From the NCBI GenBank assembly GCA_016787605.1, contig JAEUUE010000119.1, positions 40,267-104,266 of the forward strand: a stretch of DNA of 64,000 nucleotides, read 5' to 3'. A model generated the notes under the pieces. It saw only the letters and a list, made by a program, of their open reading frames with translations, was not told the DNA's origin and made no database searches. Both the position numbers and the translations under genes were made by a program. Of this stretch, positions 8,872-17,438 are shown one piece after another; the first letter of the stretch is position 1; each line of letters starts with the position of its first letter. The stretch comes from Cyclobacteriaceae bacterium (lineage in GTDB: Bacteria; Bacteroidota; Bacteroidia; Cytophagales; Cyclobacteriaceae).

Positions 8872-10437
8872 ATGCAGGACAAAAAATGGATCATCGTCAT
8901 GGGATTGTCGGTCGTAGCGATCACGGCCAACTTCTGGGGATTTCCTGTGTACATCCTGGATGAGGCCAAGAATGCCGCCTGTGCCATGGAGATGCTCGAG
9001 CGCGGCGACTGGGTGGTGCCCACGTTCAACAACGTACTTCGCACCGACAAGCCCCCGCTGCACTACTTCTTCATGATGGCGTCGTACTCCGTTTTCGGTT
9101 ACACGCCTTTTGCAGCCCGGTTATTCTCGGTGATCATGGGCCTGCTGACGGTTGCGGTGGTTTACCGGTTTGCCAGGAAGATGGAAGGGGAGCAGGTGGC
9201 TTATTATGCCGGGCTGATTTTGTCGGCCTCCCTCTTTGTCATCGCCGAATTTCACCTGGCCGTCCCGGATCCTTATTTCATCTTCTTTCTGACGTTGAGC
9301 TGGCTATCGTTTGCCTATGCCTGGGAGTCGGGCCGGGTGAATTATTACTATGTGAGCTACGCCGCGGCAGCACTGGCATTCCTCGCCAAGGGCCCGGTCG
9401 CGGTCGTGCTTTCCGCAGGAGCATGCGGCGGCTTCCTTCTGCTGAAGGGTGAGTTGTCGTGGGGCAGTTTGAGAAAGGTCAGGTTGTGGCAGGGCATGCT
9501 GCTCTTCCTTGCGCTGGCTGCCCCGTGGTGGATAGCGGTCGCCATTGAGACCCAGGGGGAATGGGTGAGGGGATTCATCTGGGAGCATAACGTAGGCAGG
9601 TTTTCGGCTGCCTATGAGGATCACGCCAATCCCCCGGGCATGACCGTACTCCTGTTGCTGGTGGCGATGCTTCCACTTTCCGGGTACCTGCCGCGGGCGA
9701 TGATGACAGCCTGGAAGGAACGCCGGCAGCATTCCCTCCTGGTGATGGCCCTGGTCAGTGTAGCGGTGGTTCTGGTTTTCTTCTCGGTTTCACGCACGTT
9801 GCTTCCCAATTACGTGGGGCCGGCCGTTCCCTTCGCCGCCCTGTTGATGGCCAAGGGTATCGAGAGGCAATTGGCAGGGTTTGTTCTCTCCTCGCTCCCC
9901 ATTCGTATCCTGACGCTTTCGTTGGCCGTGGTGCTCAGCGCGCTGGTGCCCGTCATGCAGGACATGATTGCTCACGACAAGTGGATCAGTGGATTCCCCG
10001 GCCTGGCCTGGTTGTTCCTGCCGCTGTCGGCGGGCGCCTGGTTGTCCGCGGGCTTTGCCTGGCAAAACCATTTGCGGCGGGCGCTGGCTACGTACCTGCT
10101 GAGTTTCTGGCTGACGGGCGTGCTCTTCTTCTACCTAGGGGTGCCCACAATTATGAGTCAAAACCCGGTTGCGCGGAGCCTGCCGGTGCTGGAATCGGCC
10201 ACGGAGGAGATTGTAGCTTATCGTTTTTTTAATGCGGCCTATGTCTTCAACCTCCGCCGGACCTTTGTAACGAGCTGGGACATGAATACCCTACTGCGTT
10301 ACGTCGACGGGCGTCCCGTCATTATTCTCACCCGCCAGGAAGACCGCGAGGCGCTGGAGAAGGCGGGATTCCGGGTCATCTTTGAGCATCCCTATCTCTT
10401 CGAAGGGTCCACGGCGCTGGTGTTTACCAATCGGTAA
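8872..10437 (+). CDS. GT39/ArnT-like polyprenyl-phosphate-sugar-dependent glycosyltransferase
   Basis: About 520-aa polytopic protein. The N-terminal DEAKNA...RTDKPPLHYFF motif is the PMT_2/ArnT signature. An alternative ATG lies at 8842. The ORF-track start at 8590 overlaps the PAP2 gene and was rejected. Confidence 0.8.
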   Translation: MQDKKWIIVMGLSVVAITANFWGFPVYILDEAKNAACAMEMLERGDWVVPTFNNVLRTDKPPLHYFFMMASYSVFGYTPFAARLFSVIMGLLTVAVVYRFARKMEGEQVAYYAGLILSASLFVIAEFHLAVPDPYFIFFLTLSWLSFAYAWESGRVNYYYVSYAAAALAFLAKGPVAVVLSAGACGGFLLLKGELSWGSLRKVRLWQGMLLFLALAAPWWIAVAIETQGEWVRGFIWEHNVGRFSAAYEDHANPPGMTVLLLLVAMLPLSGYLPRAMMTAWKERRQHSLLVMALVSVAVVLVFFSVSRTLLPNYVGPAVPFAALLMAKGIERQLAGFVLSSLPIRILTLSLAVVLSALVPVMQDMIAHDKWISGFPGLAWLFLPLSAGAWLSAGFAWQNHLRRALATYLLSFWLTGVLFFYLGVPTIMSQNPVARSLPVLESATEEIVAYRFFNAAYVFNLRRTFVTSWDMNTLLRYVDGRPVIILTRQEDREALEKAGFRVIFEHPYLFEGSTALVFTNR

Positions 10438-10521
10438 GCCCCCTGACCCTATCTTTCTGAAAAACCTATCATTTTTTTCTTGGGTAGGGTCAAAAAATAC
10501 CCTAGGTCTCCGAAAAAGGTA

Positions 10522-10529
10522 TACTTTTG
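10522..10529 (+). promoter_or_regulatory. Bacteroidota -7 promoter box (TAnnTTTG) upstream of glnN
   Basis: TACTTTTG lies 30 nt upstream of the ATG at 10559. Confidence 0.4.
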
Positions 10530-10558
10530 GCGCCAAGTAGACCAAAAAACAACCACTT

Positions 10559-12721
10559 ATGGCACATTTACGCATGGAAGCACTGAGAAAGTTACATGAG
10601 CGAAACGCGGTAACTGTCTCAAGCCCAAGCCCTAAAGTCTCCGATTTCTTCGGGGAGAATGTCTTCGGATCAGAACAGATGCGGGCCTCCCTCGCACCGG
10701 CGGTGTACCAAAAGGTAACGTCGGCCATCAAGAACCACGAAAAAATTGACGCGACCACGGCCGATGCGGTGGCCTCTGCGGCGAAGTCGTGGGCAATGAG
10801 CAAGGGCGCCACGCACTTCACCCACTGGTTTCAGCCCATGACCGGGGGAACGGCCGAAAAGCACGACTCCTTCTTCGACGCCATCAGTGGCATCGAAAAA
10901 TTCAAGGGCAGCGAGCTGGTGCAGCAGGAGCCCGATGCGTCGTCGTTCCCCAGCGGGGGTATCCGCAGCACCTTCGAGGCGCGCGGCTATACCGCCTGGG
11001 ACCCCACGTCGCCCATGTTCCTGTACGGGAAGACGCTGTGTATCCCCACCATCTTTGTGTCGTACACCGGGGAAACCCTCGATCACAAGTCTCCCTTGCT
11101 CAAGGCGCTCAAAGCCGTCGACATCGCTGCGACCAAGGTGTGCCAGTTGTTTGATAAAGACATCCAGCATGTCGTGGCTTCCCTGGGCCCCGAACAGGAG
11201 TATTTTGTCGTCGACGAGGCGCTCTTCATGGCCCGTCCCGACCTGGTCATGTCGGGCCGCACGGTATTCGGACATGCGCCTGCCCGCGGCCAGCAGATGG
11301 AAGACCACTACTTCGGCTCCATTCCTTCCCGGGTCTACGATTTCATGAAGGAATTTGAAAATGAAAGCTGGCGGCTGGGCATCCCGGTCCGCACGCGCCA
11401 CAACGAAGTAGCCCCCAGCCAGTTTGAGGTAGCCCCGTTGTTTGAAGAGGTGAATGTGGCGAATGACCACAACCAACTGATGATGGATGTGATGCAGCGC
11501 GTGGCCGAGAAGCACAACCTGCGCGTCCTCTTTCATGAGAAGCCCTTTGCCGGCCTGAACGGTAGCGGAAAGCACAACAACTGGTCGCTGATCACCGACA
11601 CGGGCATTAACCTGTATGCACCGTCGAGCAGCGCGCGCGATAACCTGCTCTTCCTCACCTTCTTCGTGACGACCATCAAGGCTGTACACGCCCATTCCGA
11701 CCTGCTCCGCGCCAGCATCGCGACAGAAGCCAACGACTTCCGCTTGGGCGCCAACGAAGCACCTCCGGCCATCATGTCGGTATTCATCGGCAGCCAGATG
11801 TCGGCTGTACTCGACGAAATGGAGAAGAAAGGAAACGTGAAGATCGAGAAGGGTGACAACATGTACATGAAGCTGGGCATCGACCAGATCCCCGAAATCA
11901 TCCTGGACGCCACAGACCGTAACCGGACTTCACCGTTCGCCTTCACGGGCAACAAGTTCGAGTTCCGTGCCGTGGGTGCTTCCGACAACTGTGCGGTGGC
12001 CATGACGGTGCTCAACCTTATCGTGGCTGACCAGTTGAACAAGTTCTACGAGTCTGTCACCAAGGAAATGGAAAAGGGTACGGAGAAACGCCTGGCGATT
12101 GCCAACCTCCTGCGCAAGTACATCAAGGAATCGCGCGACATCCGGTTTGAGGGTGACGGCTATTCCAACGACTGGGTGAAGGAAGCGGCCAAGCGGGGCA
12201 TGAAGAATATCAAGAACATGCCGCGCGCTATTGAGGCCTACCTCTCCAAGGATTCGGTGGCGCTCTTTGAACGCCACGGGGTGATGAGCCACAAGGAGTT
12301 GGAAGCCCGCCATGAAATTCGCCTTGAATCCTACATCAAACGGGTTCAGATCGAGTCACGCACGCTGGGCGACCTGGCGATGAACCATATCATTCCCACG
12401 GCCATTGCCTACCAGAACAAGCTCATCCAGAACGCCAACGGGCTGAAGAGCCTCGGGGTCGATAACAAGACGGTGATCCAGACAATCAAGGAGATCTCCG
12501 AGTACATCGACATCATCAAGAATGGCGTACGGCAGATGATCGAAGAGCGTAAGCGCATCAACAAGATTACGGATACGCATAAGAAGGCCTTTGCCTACTG
12601 CGACGATGTGAAGGAGAAATACTTCGACAAGATCCGGGATGCAGTGGACAAGCTCGAGTTGCTCGTCGACGACGAAGACTGGCCGCTGGTGAAATACCGG
12701 GAGATGCTGTTCTTGCGGTAG
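10559..12721 (+). CDS. glnN: glutamine synthetase type III
   Basis: 720 aa, the length and sequence character of Bacteroides-type GSIII. Examples are NEVAPSQFE, HEKPFAGLNGSGKHNNWS and NRTSPFAFTGNKFEFR. Confidence 0.9.
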   Translation: MAHLRMEALRKLHERNAVTVSSPSPKVSDFFGENVFGSEQMRASLAPAVYQKVTSAIKNHEKIDATTADAVASAAKSWAMSKGATHFTHWFQPMTGGTAEKHDSFFDAISGIEKFKGSELVQQEPDASSFPSGGIRSTFEARGYTAWDPTSPMFLYGKTLCIPTIFVSYTGETLDHKSPLLKALKAVDIAATKVCQLFDKDIQHVVASLGPEQEYFVVDEALFMARPDLVMSGRTVFGHAPARGQQMEDHYFGSIPSRVYDFMKEFENESWRLGIPVRTRHNEVAPSQFEVAPLFEEVNVANDHNQLMMDVMQRVAEKHNLRVLFHEKPFAGLNGSGKHNNWSLITDTGINLYAPSSSARDNLLFLTFFVTTIKAVHAHSDLLRASIATEANDFRLGANEAPPAIMSVFIGSQMSAVLDEMEKKGNVKIEKGDNMYMKLGIDQIPEIILDATDRNRTSPFAFTGNKFEFRAVGASDNCAVAMTVLNLIVADQLNKFYESVTKEMEKGTEKRLAIANLLRKYIKESRDIRFEGDGYSNDWVKEAAKRGMKNIKNMPRAIEAYLSKDSVALFERHGVMSHKELEARHEIRLESYIKRVQIESRTLGDLAMNHIIPTAIAYQNKLIQNANGLKSLGVDNKTVIQTIKEISEYIDIIKNGVRQMIEERKRINKITDTHKKAFAYCDDVKEKYFDKIRDAVDKLELLVDDEDWPLVKYREMLFLR

Positions 12722-12741
12722 TCCTCCTGTGCCCAACGCGG

Positions 12742-12775
12742 AGAAGGCGACACTCACCCTGTCGCCTTCTTTTTT
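12742..12775. terminator. bidirectional rho-independent terminator
   Basis: AGAAGGCGAC-9 nt-GTCGCCTTCT, a perfect 10-bp stem followed by TTTTT. It sits between convergent glnN and the 261-aa membrane gene and overlaps that gene's stop codon. Confidence 0.7.
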
Positions 12776-13559
12776 ACACGATAGGTATGACAGGAATGCC
12801 TTGCCAGGCCAGCACATGGAGGTAAAGGCACCCGGCGAAATATAAGCCCACCAGGATCCTCGTTCCCAGGGCGGCTTGTTGAGGACGGAGCTGCGACAGA
12901 ACATAAGTGCTCAACGGAAACACCTGCAGTCCATGGAGCGTGGCAAAGTGAGCAGCCCGGATATCGCCGGCCACGGTACTCCAGTTGAGGAAGGGCAGGC
13001 CGGGGCCGCCATCCGGGGCACCCACTGTGTGGGCCAGCGTGGCGACCATCCATCCACCCGAAACATTCCCCAGGAGCAGCAGGATCAGTCCCGCTTGCCA
13101 GGCCAGGAGATCGGGGCCGGCCAGTATCGTGCGACCGGTGACAAAGTGGAAGGCTGCATAGAGGTTGATCAGGGTATTCAGGGCAATGAAGAATCCCATG
13201 ATGCCGAACACCGCGCCGTCGAAAGCCGTGTGCACATTGAAGTGCGAGGTGGTGCCGCGCGCAGCCTGCAGGCAGATCAGGAAGATCTCAACGGACATCG
13301 TGAGTACTGCACCCCAGGTGATCCACCGCCGGGCCGGTTCACTTTTCAGGTAATCAAGCATCCAGCCGAACGTCCAGGAATAGAGGAGTATGGACAACGA
13401 GAATTTCATGGGCTTAACCCAGGCATTCACGCCCATGATCATGCGGTCATCGATGAAATACAGGACCCCCGCGATGACATACAGGGCCAGCATGGCCCAA
13501 CCGAAACGGTACAGCGCCGGATTCCTTCGGCGCAGTTCTTCGAGGAAGCGGTTAACCAT
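12774..13559 (-). CDS. polytopic membrane protein, unknown family
   Basis: 261 aa with about 7 hydrophobic segments. It overlaps the upstream DUF4281 gene by 8 nt, suggesting an operon. Confidence 0.5.
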   Translation of the reverse strand: MVNRFLEELRRRNPALYRFGWAMLALYVIAGVLYFIDDRMIMGVNAWVKPMKFSLSILLYSWTFGWMLDYLKSEPARRWITWGAVLTMSVEIFLICLQAARGTTSHFNVHTAFDGAVFGIMGFFIALNTLINLYAAFHFVTGRTILAGPDLLAWQAGLILLLLGNVSGGWMVATLAHTVGAPDGGPGLPFLNWSTVAGDIRAAHFATLHGLQVFPLSTYVLSQLRPQQAALGTRILVGLYFAGCLYLHVLAWQGIPVIPIV

Positions 13560-13983
13560 GGTGGGCGAGGTGCCGGGTCTTGAGGTACCTCACCACGAAG
13601 TAGCAGAGCAACCCGACCGGACCGAAGAGGAAAGTGAGCACCAGGCAGGGGATCACCTTCCAGTGCGCGATGTGATTCTTTTGGCTGTCAGACACTTCCC
13701 AGGCGCCGATGAACATATCGAACGACAGGTAATGAATCCAGCCGGCGGTTACCGCCCAGGGGTTTTCAAAGAGCTTCGTTACTCCGGCCAGCGAACCAAA
13801 GTCGCCTTCGGTGGCGCCAAAGGTGGTGACGATGATCCCGGTATAAACCAGTGCGAGGAGCAGGGGCAGGAGGCCCGAGAGTACGATCTTGTGGGTCCAC
13901 GACCATTTGGGTGCAACGGCCATCAACAGCCATCCCAGTGGGGCCACCGTGTTGCAGATCTGAAATAAGGTTTCGGCTTTCAT
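13552..13983 (-). CDS. ABA4-like (DUF4281) membrane protein
   Basis: 143 aa with 4 TM segments. The N-terminus LFQICNTVAPLGWLLM and the motif WIHYLSFDMFIGAW resemble the ABA4-like family. Confidence 0.55.
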   Translation of the reverse strand: MKAETLFQICNTVAPLGWLLMAVAPKWSWTHKIVLSGLLPLLLALVYTGIIVTTFGATEGDFGSLAGVTKLFENPWAVTAGWIHYLSFDMFIGAWEVSDSQKNHIAHWKVIPCLVLTFLFGPVGLLCYFVVRYLKTRHLAHHG

Positions 13984-14042
13984 GAGGTGAAGGTCCGAAT
14001 CGGGGAGACCGCATGCAAGCGGCAGGGGTGAAATCGATGATG

Positions 14043-15683
14043 CTAGCGGCCGAGGATCTTGCCGTATTGCGACGGGTTGCCGAGCACTTCGACAGCCTTG
14101 CGGATTTCGGGATCGTCCTTGAAGGTTACTTCTACCCGGCCCCGCTCCAGGAAATAGCGGCCAACAATCTCCTCTTCAAGCAGGAATTTGATCTCGTCAC
14201 GATAGGAGACAAGATCGTTCTTCCGGTTTGCCGACAAGCGGCTCTCCAGCTGGTCAATCTGCGGTTTGAGTTCGTCGTACAGCCTTTCCGTTTTTGCGGT
14301 CTTGACCAACTGCTCCACCTGCTCTTCGAGGGGGGATTGATAGGAGTATGACTTGGTCTTCACCCAGGTGACAAAATCGTTGTAATCGGCTTCTGAAAGC
14401 GAAAAATTGCGCGCCTCGCCGATGGTGGCATGCTTGGCCGCGTGGAGCGTGGCATAGTCGAATATCAGTCCCTGGTTGAGCAACGCTTCGCTCAACGGGG
14501 AGAGTTCGTCGTTCTTGATCAATACGTCGGGATCGATTCCGCCGCCATCGTACACGGTACGGCCATTGGTTGTTTTGAAGGCTTTCTTGAGCGAGTCAGG
14601 CACAGCTCCAACGCTGCCGTCGGGACGACGATGAGAGTAGTCCAGAACCTGGATGCACCGACCGGTGGGGGTGTAATATTTGGCGGTCGTAATTCGCACC
14701 TGTGAATTATAGCCCAGCTGCCGGGTGAGCTGCACCAACCCTTTGCCGTAGGATTTCTCACCGATAACCACCCCGCGATCATAATCCTGGAGAGTACCGG
14801 CTACGATCTCGCTGGCAGAGGCGGAGTTTCGGTTGATGACGACAGCCACGGGAATGTCAAGGTCCGTCGGCCCGGTCTCCGTCAGGTAGGTACTGTTGTA
14901 CTCGGCGATCTTCCCTTTCATCGTGACCACGAGCTTGCCTTTCGGGAGGAAGATGTTGCAGATGTTGACGGCTTCGTTGAGCAGGCCGCCCGGGTTCTCG
15001 CGGAGGTCGAGCAGGATGCTTTTGGCGCCGGCTTCTTTCAGTGCCACCACCGCTTGCCGGACTTCCTTCCCGGCATCGGGAGTGAAGTTGGTTAGCCGTA
15101 CATAACCCACGTTGCCTGCGACGATGCCGTAATAGGGTACATTGTTAATCTTGATTTTTTCGCGCTTGAAGGTAAGCCGGATCGGATCCTTTACGCCATA
15201 CCGACGGACCGTGAGCGAGACGGGTGTTCCCACCTGGCCATGCATGAGCTGATTGGCCTGCTCAAGGGTGATTTTGGAGAGGTCGACCTCGTCCATTTTC
15301 AGGATTTCATCGCCGATGCGGAGGCCGCCGCGGTAAGCGGGGTACCCCTCGTACACCATGGTGATGATGGTTTTGCCGTTGATTTCACGCGTCAGGGCGC
15401 CAATGCCTCCGTATTGCCCGGTGTTGATGGTGCGGAAATCTTCCACTTCATTTTCGGGCACGTAAGTGGTGAAGGGGTCGAGCGATTCGAGCATGGCGTC
15501 GATCCCTGTGCGCATCAGCGTGTTGGGATTGACTTCATCCACGTAAAGGGCGTTGACCTCGCGAAAGACGCCGGCGAAAATGTCGAGGTTTCGGGCGATT
15601 TCGAAATACCGGTTTGCCGGCTCGGTAAAAGATAACAGGGTAAGCCCGGAAACGACTACCGCCAACGCCGCCCACTTCTTCAT
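14043..15683 (-). CDS. S41 family C-terminal processing peptidase
   Basis: 546 aa with a signal peptide, a PDZ segment (GGLRIGDEILKMDE), catalytic Ser context NRNSASASEIVAG and Lys context YGKGLVQ. Confidence 0.85.
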   Translation of the reverse strand: MKKWAALAVVVSGLTLLSFTEPANRYFEIARNLDIFAGVFREVNALYVDEVNPNTLMRTGIDAMLESLDPFTTYVPENEVEDFRTINTGQYGGIGALTREINGKTIITMVYEGYPAYRGGLRIGDEILKMDEVDLSKITLEQANQLMHGQVGTPVSLTVRRYGVKDPIRLTFKREKIKINNVPYYGIVAGNVGYVRLTNFTPDAGKEVRQAVVALKEAGAKSILLDLRENPGGLLNEAVNICNIFLPKGKLVVTMKGKIAEYNSTYLTETGPTDLDIPVAVVINRNSASASEIVAGTLQDYDRGVVIGEKSYGKGLVQLTRQLGYNSQVRITTAKYYTPTGRCIQVLDYSHRRPDGSVGAVPDSLKKAFKTTNGRTVYDGGGIDPDVLIKNDELSPLSEALLNQGLIFDYATLHAAKHATIGEARNFSLSEADYNDFVTWVKTKSYSYQSPLEEQVEQLVKTAKTERLYDELKPQIDQLESRLSANRKNDLVSYRDEIKFLLEEEIVGRYFLERGRVEVTFKDDPEIRKAVEVLGNPSQYGKILGR

Positions 15684-15735
15684 GAATGCTCCTCTTTTCT
15701 GCTAATGTACGTAATTGATAACCCCGGGTTTCCTA

Positions 15736-15960
15736 TCAGAACTTGTCGGGGATCTGAACGATCCGGACCACCACTTCATGGGGATCGCCGTCTTTATCGA
15801 GCAGGCTGAATTTCACCATGGGGTTGTCCCGGTTCATATTGGTCTCCACGTTCACCACCTGGTTGTCCTGGAGATGCTTCTGGATTTCTTTCTGGAGGAT
15901 AAACAGCGCGTTGGCAAAGTCGACTTCCAGCGGGCTGGGGTTATACGCATTTGTTTTCAT
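15736..15960 (-). CDS. small hypothetical protein (74 aa)
   Basis: Starts at the ATG at 15960 (MKTNAYNPSPLEV...), 23 nt downstream of fabH on the same strand. The longer 102-aa ORF version overlaps fabH. Confidence 0.4.
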   Translation of the reverse strand: MKTNAYNPSPLEVDFANALFILQKEIQKHLQDNQVVNVETNMNRDNPMVKFSLLDKDGDPHEVVVRIVQIPDKF

Positions 15961-15983
15961 GGGTAGTCGGGTAGGGCCCGGCC

Positions 15984-16985
15984 TCAGCACCAGCGGATCA
16001 GGGCCGAGGCCCAGGTGAATCCGCTGCCGAAGGCGGCCAGACAAATTACGTCATTTTCCTTTACTCTTCCTTCCTGCCAGGCCTCGCTCAGCGCGATGGG
16101 AATGGAGGCCGCCGTCGTGTTGCCATACCGCATGATGTTGTTGTACACCTGGTCGTCGCTCAGCGACATCTTCTGCTGGATGAACTGGCTGATGCGAAGG
16201 TTGGCCTGGTGCGGCACCAGCAGGCTGATCTGTTCCTTGGTCATATGGTTGGCCGCCAGCGCTTCGTTGATGACTTCCATAAACCGCACGACGGCGTGCT
16301 TGAAAACCTGGTTGCCGTTCATGACGACTTTATAATCGGTAGTGTCGAGTATCTGTTCAGGTTGCCGAACCTCGCGGGGACGGCTGCTGCCCGGATCTTT
16401 GACATACAATTCTTCGGCAAACCTTCCGTCAGAGTGCAGGTGGGTAGACAGCACGCCCGGCTTGTCGGAGGCCTGGAGTATCGCCGCGCCCGCCCCATCG
16501 CCGAAGATGACAGACGTATTGCGTCCGCGGGTCGTGACATCCAGGGCAGTGGATTGGATTTCCGCGCCGATCACGAGGATGGTTTTGTACATGCCCGACC
16601 GGATGAACATGTCGGCGGTGCTCAGCGCATAGATGAACCCTGAACAGGCATTCCGGATGTCCATGGCACCGATACCTTCCAGCCCAAGTTCGCGTTGCAG
16701 GAGTACGCCGGAGCCGGGGAAGAAGTAGTCGGGAGTAATGGTGGCAAAAACGATAAACTCGATGTCTTTCTCGGTGAGGTTGGCTCGCTTGAGTGCCATC
16801 CGCGTAGCTTTCGCGGACATGTTGGCTACGGTGTCTTTGGTCGGATCGACCCAGCGGCGCTCGTGAATCCCGGTGCGCTCCACGATCCACTCGTCGGTGG
16901 TGTCCATGACACTGGATAGGTATTGGTTGGTGATGACCGTTTCGGGAACGTGGTGGCCAAGGCCGACAATTTTAGAATAAGGCAT
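15984..16985 (-). CDS. fabH: beta-ketoacyl-ACP synthase III
   Basis: 333 aa. Active-site Cys context NACSGF, plus HQANLRI, GNTTAASIP and C-terminal GFTWASALIRW. Confidence 0.9.
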   Translation of the reverse strand: MPYSKIVGLGHHVPETVITNQYLSSVMDTTDEWIVERTGIHERRWVDPTKDTVANMSAKATRMALKRANLTEKDIEFIVFATITPDYFFPGSGVLLQRELGLEGIGAMDIRNACSGFIYALSTADMFIRSGMYKTILVIGAEIQSTALDVTTRGRNTSVIFGDGAGAAILQASDKPGVLSTHLHSDGRFAEELYVKDPGSSRPREVRQPEQILDTTDYKVVMNGNQVFKHAVVRFMEVINEALAANHMTKEQISLLVPHQANLRISQFIQQKMSLSDDQVYNNIMRYGNTTAASIPIALSEAWQEGRVKENDVICLAAFGSGFTWASALIRWC

Positions 16986-17438
16986 AAACCGTTGAATGGG
17001 CTGCTAAGTTAAGGAAATGTTGCATTCCCTAACGGGCGTTTGCCTTGCGGGGGCAGGTTTGATTATTGCCGGTTATCCTTGTAAATTCCGTGATGCGAGT
17101 CGCCATGGTGATCTTGCTGGTGCTGATTCTCCGGTCTGCGGCGGGCCAACATCTCTACCTGACGATCCCTAAGCCCAAAAGCTACCTGAAGATGCACGGG
17201 CACCAGGGGTCGAAACAGCCAGAGCGTCCCGTCCGACAGGGGCCGATACGATATCTTCCAGGTGAGTATTCCCAGCAGGCTCAGGCGCCAAGCTTCAAAG
17301 AACTCTACCGGCCGTTGATCCCCTGGCAGTTTGCCGATCGTTATCATGGTTGGCCGGGCCAGATGCCTATGCGGCGCATCAACTACGTATTCTACATCGA
17401 CCTGGAGGCACTTTCTTCGCCTTCCTCGCTGGCGCCTG

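Noticed and set aside
10444-10492. An 8-bp inverted repeat TGACCCTA...TAGGGTCA upstream of glnN as a possible nitrogen-regulator operator
   Set aside because: The two arms are separated by about 33 nt, which fits a terminator or loose hairpin for the upstream GT39 gene better than a dimer operator. I saw no second copy to support a motif.
10670-11695. A 341-aa minus-strand ORF antisense to glnN
   Set aside because: It is a shadow ORF inside a highly conserved enzyme gene.
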